Below are positions 1-6,350 of a stretch of 12,779 nt of DNA, piece by piece. How positions within the stretch are numbered: position 1 is the stretch's first letter; the number at the start of each line of letters is the position of its first letter. The translations under genes and the position numbers were made by a program. Source of the stretch: Armatimonadia bacterium (GTDB lineage: Bacteria > Armatimonadota > Zipacnadia > Zipacnadales > UBA11051); assembly GCA_039683575.1 (NCBI GenBank), contig JBDKRC010000096.1, positions 1 to 12,779 on the forward strand, in the 5' to 3' direction. The notes under the pieces are model-generated. The model saw only the letters and a list, made by a program, of their open reading frames with translations. It searched no databases and was not told the origin of the DNA.

Positions 1-11
1 CTAATAGTCAT
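1..11 (-). CDS. Probable 5' end of a divergently transcribed gene running off the window (M-T-I-...)
   Basis: Minus strand reads AGAAAGGA-cgacaccag-ATGACTATTAG: an SD-like AGAAAGGA (28-21) 9 nt before an ATG at 11-9. Only 3 full codons are visible. Confidence 0.4.
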
Positions 12-13
12 CT

Positions 14-81
14 GGTGTCGTCCTTTCTGGAGACCGAATTTGTTGGCGCAAACTCAGTTCTCGCTAAGAAAGGGCGACACC
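14..81. repeat. Long imperfect inverted repeat / hairpin
   Basis: GGTGTCGTCCTTTCT (14-28) matches the reverse complement of AGAAAGGGCGACACC (67-81) at 14/15. The inner GAGACCGAATTTG / CAAACTCAGTTCTC also pairs imperfectly around a 6-nt loop. Confidence 0.85.
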
Positions 82-143
82 TATCCCCACCACCACAAAA
101 TCCCACCTACTTCCGAAGGTCACACCCGTCTGGCAGACCGCCT

Positions 144-173
144 TTGACAAGTGCACGGATCATCTTCTATAAT
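144..173 (+). promoter_or_regulatory. Consensus sigma70 promoter
   Basis: TTGACA at 144-149, 18-bp spacer, TATAAT at 168-173, 45 nt before ATG 219. Confidence 0.85.
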
Positions 174-201
174 TCGGCAGAAAACGATTCTCCCCCGCTC
201 G

Positions 202-208
202 AAGGGAG
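202..208 (+). promoter_or_regulatory. Shine-Dalgarno site of the TPR gene
   Basis: AAGGGAG ends 10 nt before ATG 219. Confidence 0.65.
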
Positions 209-218
209 CGTTCCTGTA

Positions 219-2189
219 ATGGCGAGAGGCCACGCCGTCTCCCGGGCTATTATCTTCTGCCTGCCCCTGCTGCTCTTGGGCTTGCAGCCGTCTCTATCTC
301 ACGCGCAACAGACCGACGCCCAACAAACCGAATTCACCAACGGTGTCCGGAACTATCAGGACGGGCAGTACCAGGAGGCGGCCAAGGCACTTGAGGCCGC
401 CACGGCCGCCGACCCCAACCACGAGTCGGCCTGGTACTTCCTTGGCCTTACCCGCATGAAGCTTCTGGACTACGAGGGAGCGCTTGCGGCCTTCCAGAAG
501 GCTGTAGACCTCGCCCCCACCCGCCCGGGCACCCGGCTCATGGTCGGCCAGATCTATGAGAGCCAGAATGCCTATGCCCAGGCGATCCCTGTCTATCAGG
601 ACGAGCTTCGCTATCGGCGTGGCAAAGACATCCTGCCGGTGATGAATGCTCTCGGCCGCTCATTCTACCGGGCGGGGCGCTACACCGAGGCAATCGCCCA
701 GCTTCAAAGGGTTATCTCTGAAGATCCTCGCGCTGTTGAGGCCCAGTATTACACGGGTCTTAGCTACGCCGCTCTGGGTAACTACGTCGAGGCCGTGAAA
801 CACTACCAGATCGCACTGGACACGCTCGCAGAATGGCGCGGTCTTGTTCGCACGGTGGCACGGCTGCGGCAGGCTCTCGCCACGGGCACCATCAGCCCGG
901 AGCAGCAGCGCGTGCTCAGCCAGACCGAAGAGCGCCTCGCCCAGGACTTCGGCCGCGCCCACGAGTTTGGCACCGAACTCGCCCTGTGGCCGACGCTCAA
1001 CAAGGCCATGGGCAACAGCCAGCTAGCCCTCAAGGAATGGTCTGCCGCGCGCAACGCCTACCGCCGGGCACTCGACATTGAGATGCTGGGCAACCCCGCC
1101 GATGCGGATGCGTACACCCTGGTCGCTCTGGCCCACCTTACTGAGGCCAAGAGCATCTTCATGGACGATGGCTTGATCTTCCAGACTGTGGACATCCTCA
1201 ACGATGCCATCAAGGAAGCCAAGAACGCCACAGACAAGAACCCCTCATACGCTCCGGCCCGCAACGCCAATGGCGAGATCTATCTCTTCCAGGCCAAGAC
1301 TTACACCAGCAAGCCTGAGCTCAAGATCGTTTCCCACACCTGCGAGGATGCCGCCAAGGAGTTCCTCGAGGCCCTCAAGCTCGATCCCAACTATATCCCC
1401 GCTATGAGGAATCTGGCGGAGTGTCTGCTGTATGACAACAAGGCCGAGGAAGCCAAGGATTACCTCACCAAGGCGCTCACGCTCGAGCCGCGCAATGCAG
1501 CTCTCAACGCCCAGATGGCCCAGGTTCTGCTTGCGCTTGAGGACCCGGACAATGCCATGCAGGCGGCGCAGACCGCCCTGCTCATCGACAAAAACAGTGT
1601 GGACGCACTGATCGCGGCCGGCATGGTGTACATGTACTACCGCGACGATCTCGGCGAGGCCACGGAGTACTACAGCCGCGCCGTGGCCGCTGATCCCCGT
1701 CGCTGGGAAAGCTATGTGAATCTGGGCCTGGCCTTCTTCCAGATGGAGTCCTGGTACCGGGCACGGCGCGAGTTCAAGCAGGCACTGGACCTCATCCCGA
1801 CGGCGACAATCGCCAATACCGCGCAGCAGCAGGCCTACCTGTACTACCTGATCGCCCGCACCTATCACCAGACTGCGATGTACGACCAGGAAGTGGAGGC
1901 TCTTAACGAGGCGCTCGGACGGTCACCTTCGCATTTGGAAACGCTCCGCCAGCTTGCCATGGCATACGAGGCCCAGCGCAAGTTCCGGGCCGCCGAGCAG
2001 GCTCTCCAGCAGGCGCTGAACGTCTCGCCGGGCCCGCAGGAAGATGCCGACATCAACGTCCAGCTTGGCGAGATGCTCGAGCGTGAGGGCAAGCTGCACG
2101 AGGCGATCGCCGCCTACAGCGCGGCCCTGAAGAGCGATCCGAACTCGCTCGCAGCCCAGCGCGGCCTCGACCGGCTGCAACGCCGCTAA
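219..2189 (+). CDS. Secreted/periplasmic tetratricopeptide repeat (TPR) protein, about 656 aa
   Basis: Many TPR-like units (AWYFLGLTRMKLLDYEGALAAFQKAVDLAP; AQYYTGLSYAALGNYVEAVKHYQIAL; SYVNLGLAFFQMESWYRARREFKQALDL). Sec signal peptide MARGHAVSRAIIFCLPLLLLGLQPSLSHA-QQ. Start moved from 15 to ATG 219 because of the promoter, SD and signal peptide. Confidence 0.9.
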   Translation: MARGHAVSRAIIFCLPLLLLGLQPSLSHAQQTDAQQTEFTNGVRNYQDGQYQEAAKALEAATAADPNHESAWYFLGLTRMKLLDYEGALAAFQKAVDLAPTRPGTRLMVGQIYESQNAYAQAIPVYQDELRYRRGKDILPVMNALGRSFYRAGRYTEAIAQLQRVISEDPRAVEAQYYTGLSYAALGNYVEAVKHYQIALDTLAEWRGLVRTVARLRQALATGTISPEQQRVLSQTEERLAQDFGRAHEFGTELALWPTLNKAMGNSQLALKEWSAARNAYRRALDIEMLGNPADADAYTLVALAHLTEAKSIFMDDGLIFQTVDILNDAIKEAKNATDKNPSYAPARNANGEIYLFQAKTYTSKPELKIVSHTCEDAAKEFLEALKLDPNYIPAMRNLAECLLYDNKAEEAKDYLTKALTLEPRNAALNAQMAQVLLALEDPDNAMQAAQTALLIDKNSVDALIAAGMVYMYYRDDLGEATEYYSRAVAADPRRWESYVNLGLAFFQMESWYRARREFKQALDLIPTATIANTAQQQAYLYYLIARTYHQTAMYDQEVEALNEALGRSPSHLETLRQLAMAYEAQRKFRAAEQALQQALNVSPGPQEDADINVQLGEMLEREGKLHEAIAAYSAALKSDPNSLAAQRGLDRLQRR

Positions 2190-2244
2190 GCTTGCGGTGG
2201 CGGGACTCACTGAGCCCGACGCTGTCGCACTACCTGAGTCACCA

Positions 2245-3552
2245 ATGATGAACGGGCCATCTGTCGGGGGACGGGCTGCAGGCTGCTTCATCGTCCTGCT
2301 ATGTTACTCCGCCGCGCTTTGGGCCCAACCGGCCGCTACGCATCGAGACGTACTGGACAACGGGCTGGTGCTCCTTCACAAACAGAACCCGGCCGCCCTG
2401 ACCCTGGCCGTCTGCTGCTTCATCCGCGTCAGCGCGCTGGTGGAGAACCGCTCAACCGCGGGGCTGCGCAATCTGGCCCAGCAGACACTGCTGGACCTGC
2501 CCGATAGCAGCGGTCGGCGCCTGGAGGAGCGACTCGCCGAGCGGGGCATCTCGCTACGGGTGCAGACCACTCCTGACTACGTAGAAACCGTCTTTGCCGG
2601 CACCACAGATCAACTTCCGCAGCTTCTGAGCGCGGTCCACGAGATTTTCGGACCGGCCCAGCCCACTCCCCGCCAACTCACCCTCCGGCGAACTCAGATT
2701 CTGCGCGAGTTGGCCAATCGCCGCGAACTGCCCCTACCCTTCGCCTGGGACACTGCCACGGCATATCTATACCGCGACACTCCCTGCGGTTGGCCCGTCG
2801 AGGGTGCCGGAACCGTGGCGGGGATTCTGCCTGAGCAACTTCAGGCGCTGCGCGCGATGCGGTATGCGCCCAACCGCGCCGTGGTCAGCATCAGCGGCAA
2901 CATTTCCTGGGCGCAAGCGCGTGAAGAGACGAACCGCGCTCTGGGTGGCCTGCTACCGCGGCCCGTGCCGCCAGAGCCAGCCTACCGGGCTCGTTTGCTC
3001 AAGCCGGCATACCTTTTCAGCCAATGGCGTGGTGACAACGCCGCGGTACTGTTCGCCACCGCTTGCCCCGGCCCGGCAAAACCGGAGTTTGCCCCCACTG
3101 CGGTGCTTAACGCGGTGCTGAGCGCAGGCGAGGGCTCCAGGCTCTTCCGGGTGCTGCGCGACCGCGAAGGCCTTACGTATGACATCGTCTCAGAGCTTGT
3201 GCCGTCGGCTCTCTGCTGTATGGTAGTCAGTGGCGCAACCTGCGAACCAAAACAGGCCGCCCAGGTGTTCCATATCATGCAGGCGGAGTTGGCGGCGCTA
3301 AAGACCCGCCCGCCTGACGAAGCCGAAATTCAGCGGGCCAAGGCCTACCTGAGCAGCAGCTTCATCCTCGGCCACCAACGCAACGCCGAGGTCGCCCATT
3401 ATCAGGGCCTGTTTGAGCTTTTGGCCCCGCAGCACCCGGAGGCGAACCTTGCAGACGCCCTGCAGGCTGTTACGACCGAGCAGGTGCTCGCGGCCACAGC
3501 ATGGTTGCAGGACTGTGCAGTGTGGGTTCAGGTGGGCGGCTCGCAGCCGTGA
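2245..3552 (+). CDS. M16B (insulinase/pitrilysin) family peptidase-like protein, non-catalytic subunit
   Basis: Typical M16 motifs VLDNGLVLL, YAPNRAVVSISGNI, SRLFRVLRDREGLTY, EIQRAKAYL. HxxEH is replaced by GLRNLAQQTLL. Probable signal peptide ending ALWA-Q. Start uncertain (GTG 2197, ATG 2245 or ATG 2248). Confidence 0.85.
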   Translation: MMNGPSVGGRAAGCFIVLLCYSAALWAQPAATHRDVLDNGLVLLHKQNPAALTLAVCCFIRVSALVENRSTAGLRNLAQQTLLDLPDSSGRRLEERLAERGISLRVQTTPDYVETVFAGTTDQLPQLLSAVHEIFGPAQPTPRQLTLRRTQILRELANRRELPLPFAWDTATAYLYRDTPCGWPVEGAGTVAGILPEQLQALRAMRYAPNRAVVSISGNISWAQAREETNRALGGLLPRPVPPEPAYRARLLKPAYLFSQWRGDNAAVLFATACPGPAKPEFAPTAVLNAVLSAGEGSRLFRVLRDREGLTYDIVSELVPSALCCMVVSGATCEPKQAAQVFHIMQAELAALKTRPPDEAEIQRAKAYLSSSFILGHQRNAEVAHYQGLFELLAPQHPEANLADALQAVTTEQVLAATAWLQDCAVWVQVGGSQP

Positions 3553-3569
3553 TAGACGATTCTAGTGGG

Positions 3570-3591
3570 GCAGGCGGCTTGCCTGCGCTAC
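3570..3591 (-). repeat. GTAG-tagged REP-like palindrome
   Basis: Minus strand GTAG-C-GCAGGC-AAGCC-GCCTGC, intergenic, same architecture as 6229-6250. Confidence 0.7.
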
Positions 3592-3697
3592 TGACGCAGT
3601 TGCCCGTGGGCCCGGCCTTCCTCCGGCCAGCGCCGACACCGTTGACAAATCTCTCGCACGTTGGGCAGGACCTTCGCAGCCTTGCCCACCATCTCGC

Positions 3698-3703
3698 AGG
3701 AGG
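3698..3703 (+). promoter_or_regulatory. Shine-Dalgarno site of the propeller gene
   Basis: AGGAGG 6 nt before ATG 3710. Confidence 0.85.
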
Positions 3704-3709
3704 CCTTAC

Positions 3710-5572
3710 ATGCGATTCCGCCTGCTCCTGTTGCTCCTGGTTACACTCACCTCGCTGAGCGCCACGCTCGTTCTGGCCCAGGACACCTACTCGCACATGT
3801 ATGGGTACGACGCCCAGCACTCCGGCGTGAGCCCGTATCAGCTCAAGTTCCCCCCTGTGCTCTCGTGGAAGTTCACCACCGGCGAGAAAAATGCTGACTC
3901 CCCCACCGGCAGCATCGCGGTCGGACGTGACCTGGTCTATGTCCCGGTCGGCAGCACCCTCTATGGTCTGGACCGCGAGACAGGCGCGCAGCGATGGAAG
4001 TTCCCCGCAGGCGGCAAGATCTTCTCCACCCCCACCGTCTACAATGACGTCATCTACATCGGCACGGACAACAACCAGATGATCGCCGTCAGCGACAAGG
4101 GCCAGCGCCTGGGGCAGTTTGCCACCACGGGCCCGGTCCGCTCCGCCTCGCTGCTTTTGGACAATACTCTCTACTTTGGCTGCGACGACGGCCGTGTATA
4201 TGCCCTCGACGTGCAGACCCACAAGCTCCGCTGGTACTTCCCGGCCGGAGGACAGGTTCGCGTCGCCCCCGTCTATTACCGCGACCGTCTGTATGTCGCC
4301 TCCTCTACCGGCTATCTGTATGCCCTCAACATCACTGATGGCAACCAGGTCTGGAACACCGACCTGGGCTCCAAGTACATCTTCTCCAGCCCGACGATCG
4401 AGCGACGCCGCGTGATCATCGGCGCGGGCAATGACCTCATCGCCTGCGACACCGACACTGGCGCCATTGCCTGGCAATTTGCCACCAACGGTCTGGTCAG
4501 CGGCGGCGCTGCCGTGAAAGATCGCATGGTCTTCTTTGGCAGCAGGGACGGCTCGCTGTACTGCGTCAACGCCGGCAATGGTCACGGCATGTGGCGCTAC
4601 CCGAAAGAGGGGACGCTTGAACCGGTTCTTTCCACCCCGGTGGTCCAGGATAACACTGTTATCTTCCGCAGTGGCCCACGTCTGATAGTTGGGCTCGACA
4701 TTCGTTCTTCCGGCAAGCTGGTCTGGCAGTACACTCTGCCCCAGCCGCCTGAGAAGAGGGCAACTCCTGCCGGTGGCACAGGTATGCCGGGAATGGAACC
4801 GGGAATGCCGGGGATGCCCGGTATGGAGCCTGGCGCTCCCGGCGCCGGGATGCCCGGTATGGAGCCTGGAATGCCTGGCGAGGAAGGCGGGCGCCGCGGG
4901 CGCCGCGCTCAGCGCGTCGTTGAGATCAAATGGGAAGACAGCATAGACCCGAACTTCGTGGTTGGTGACAACGGGGCCTACGCCCTGGGCGACGACCGTG
5001 TGGTCTATGCCTTCGACTCACTGGCCGCCGACAACTCGGGACCGACCATGACCGAGGCGCTGGTTGACATTCGTGGGCGTGGCGGCTACCAGGTCCGCTA
5101 CCCACTGCTGGTGGACAACGGCGACGCCTTCCCTGGCCGCTATGCGGATGTATCCGAAAAGGTCCCCGGTGCCCCGCCCATCTCGGTGTCGGCGGCCCTC
5201 GTTGACGCCGGATGCGGCGTGGATCCCTCGACGATCAAGGTGACGCTGGACGAGCAGCCTGTGGAGACCACCTACGATGCCCGCCAGGGCCTGCTCTGGT
5301 ACATCTATGACCCGCGCGGGGCCGCTGCAGCCATGCGCAACGGCGTCCGGAACCTGTACATCACGGCCTCAGACTGGTCCGGCAACACCTCCAAAGCCCA
5401 GATGGCCTTCACGGTTGATAACTCACTTCCGCCGCCCAGCCCGCCGCAACCGGCTGGTGGCATGGGGATGCCCGGAATGGAACCGGGGATGCCCGGTATG
5501 CCTGGAGGAGCCCCTGGAATGCCTGGCATGCCCGGCATGCCGGGGATGCCTCCGGGCCCGCCGCCGATGTAG
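3710..5572 (+). CDS. Secreted PQQ-like (BamB-like) beta-propeller repeat protein with Gly-Met-Pro repeats and a probable beta-sandwich C-terminal domain, 620 aa
   Basis: Signal peptide MRFRLLLLLLVTLTSLSATLVLA-Q with no lipobox Cys. Repeated PQQ-type blades (LYGLDRETGAQRWKF; LYFGCDDGRVYALDVQTHKLRWYF; VFFGSRDGSLYCVNAGNGHGMWRY). C-terminal LYITASDWSGNTS resembles bacterial Ig-like domains. Strong SD. Confidence 0.88.
   Translation: MRFRLLLLLLVTLTSLSATLVLAQDTYSHMYGYDAQHSGVSPYQLKFPPVLSWKFTTGEKNADSPTGSIAVGRDLVYVPVGSTLYGLDRETGAQRWKFPAGGKIFSTPTVYNDVIYIGTDNNQMIAVSDKGQRLGQFATTGPVRSASLLLDNTLYFGCDDGRVYALDVQTHKLRWYFPAGGQVRVAPVYYRDRLYVASSTGYLYALNITDGNQVWNTDLGSKYIFSSPTIERRRVIIGAGNDLIACDTDTGAIAWQFATNGLVSGGAAVKDRMVFFGSRDGSLYCVNAGNGHGMWRYPKEGTLEPVLSTPVVQDNTVIFRSGPRLIVGLDIRSSGKLVWQYTLPQPPEKRATPAGGTGMPGMEPGMPGMPGMEPGAPGAGMPGMEPGMPGEEGGRRGRRAQRVVEIKWEDSIDPNFVVGDNGAYALGDDRVVYAFDSLAADNSGPTMTEALVDIRGRGGYQVRYPLLVDNGDAFPGRYADVSEKVPGAPPISVSAALVDAGCGVDPSTIKVTLDEQPVETTYDARQGLLWYIYDPRGAAAAMRNGVRNLYITASDWSGNTSKAQMAFTVDNSLPPPSPPQPAGGMGMPGMEPGMPGMPGGAPGMPGMPGMPGMPPGPPPM
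4766..4879 (+). repeat. Intragenic Gly-Met-Pro low-complexity repeat, block 1
   Basis: Encodes PAGGTGMPGMEPGMPGMPGMEPGAPGAGMPGMEPGMPG. Confidence 0.95.
5450..5569 (+). repeat. Intragenic Gly-Met-Pro low-complexity repeat, block 2 (C-terminal tail)
   Basis: Encodes PAGGMGMPGMEPGMPGMPGGAPGMPGMPGMPGMPPGPPPM. Confidence 0.95.
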
Positions 5573-5593
5573 GCTGAGTCAGAAAACGTCTGC

Positions 5594-5626
5594 GGAGGCC
5601 GGGCTGTTCTTGCCCGGTCTTCCTTT
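5594..5626 (+). terminator. Possible weak intrinsic terminator or mRNA-stabilising hairpin
   Basis: GGAGGCCGGGC-TGTTCTT-GCCCGGTCTTC (11-bp stem, 2 G-U pairs) followed by CTTTAG, 21 nt after the stop codon. The U-tract is short. Confidence 0.45.
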
Positions 5627-5674
5627 AGCTGAAGCAGGTAAAGTACCCCTAACAACCCGCTCCGGGAGGGCACT

Positions 5675-6139
5675 ATGCTCAAAGTCGTCATCAGCGTCCT
5701 CATCGCGCTGCTAATCGTCGCTTACGGAGCCGCCTTCCTCGCCTGGAACATGACCTCGCAGGATATTGTCGGCTGGCAGGCCTTCGGCGTCCGCTACAGC
5801 CAGCATCTTCCAGTCGGCAGCCTCGTCTTCGTCGGCCTGATTCTTGGTGCCGTGATCATGGCCATCGCCGCTGGTTCCACGTGGGCGGCGCAGAAGAGCC
5901 GTGCCGACAGAGCCACCGCAATGGTGAAGAAGGCCAAGGTCAAGCTCCAGGCCCAACTCGACGAAATCAACGACCTCCGCGACGAAGTCGACCGCCTCGA
6001 GGCCCAGGTCGCCAGCCTGCAATCCGGCGATGGCACCTGGGGCCAGGCGACCTACGCTGAGCCCCCCGCAGACACTGCCACCGAGGCAGGCACCGCCGTC
6101 CCCGCCGAAACTGAAGTTGACGATGATGATGTGATTTGA
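5675..6139 (+). CDS. LapA/DUF1049-like small membrane protein with coiled coil and acidic tail, 154 aa
   Basis: Two hydrophobic helices with the LapA-like pattern FLAWN...LPVGSLVFVGLILGAVIM, then heptads KLQAQLDEINDLRDEVDRLEAQVASLQ and a DDDDVI end. SD GGAGG at 5665-5669. Confidence 0.7.
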   Translation: MLKVVISVLIALLIVAYGAAFLAWNMTSQDIVGWQAFGVRYSQHLPVGSLVFVGLILGAVIMAIAAGSTWAAQKSRADRATAMVKKAKVKLQAQLDEINDLRDEVDRLEAQVASLQSGDGTWGQATYAEPPADTATEAGTAVPAETEVDDDDVI

Positions 6140-6146
6140 GTATGAT

Positions 6147-6202
6147 CCCCCGTCACGGGGGGCCGCAATGTGTACTAGAGGAGGCCGAACCCCGGCCTCT
6201 TC
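6147..6202 (+). other. Two GC-rich hairpins downstream of the LapA-like gene
   Basis: CCCCCG-TCA-CGGGGG (6147-6161) and GAGGAGGCCG-AACCC-CGGCCTCTTC (6178-6202). No clear U-tract. Confidence 0.6.
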
Positions 6203-6228
6203 GTCGTGTCTGCGCACTGCTACCGGAG

Positions 6229-6279
6229 GCGGGCGAGACGCCCGCACTACGCGAATGCAGGGGGAAGACCCCGTCCTAC
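6229..6279 (-). repeat. Tandem GTAG-tagged REP-like palindromes
   Basis: Minus strand GTAG-T-GCGGGC-GTCTC-GCCCGC (6250-6229) and degenerate GTAG-GAC-GGGG-TCTT-CCCC-CTGC (6279-6257). On the + strand both end in CTAC followed by GCGA. Confidence 0.7.
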
Positions 6280-6350
6280 GCGATTCAGTGCCGACCGGCC
6301 CCTGCCAGGCGAACCTAACACCGCGACACCCGCATCACCGGAACCTGCCA

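Noticed and set aside
15..218. 68-aa N-terminal extension of the TPR ORF
   Set aside because: It runs through the hairpin and the consensus promoter. The SD and signal peptide point to ATG 219.
3470..4585. Long antisense ORF (371 aa), and similar ones at 1245-1868, 6315-7313, 8008-9129 and 10572-11648
   Set aside because: They lie opposite well-supported genes and show no recognisable motifs; typical shadow ORFs of high-GC codon usage.
4766..5569. GMP repeats as a CRISPR array or collagen-like domain
   Set aside because: They are in-frame coding repeats with no unique spacers, and the Gly-X-Y register is broken by GMEP units.
3710..5572. Calling this gene bamB or a PQQ-dependent dehydrogenase
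   Set aside because: No lipobox Cys, extra C-terminal domains, no yfgM/der context and no recognisable quinoprotein catalytic features. Only the repeat fold is supported.
6220..6290. Mini CRISPR-like array (27-29 bp period)
   Set aside because: Only 2-3 degenerate units, the variable parts are themselves hairpins, and there are no cas genes. REP-like repeats explain it better.
6136..6350. 60-aa ORF 6136-6318 and the 61-aa N-terminal extension of DprA
   Set aside because: Both are translations of hairpin/REP DNA with no convincing SD. DprA-like sequence begins at Met 6351.
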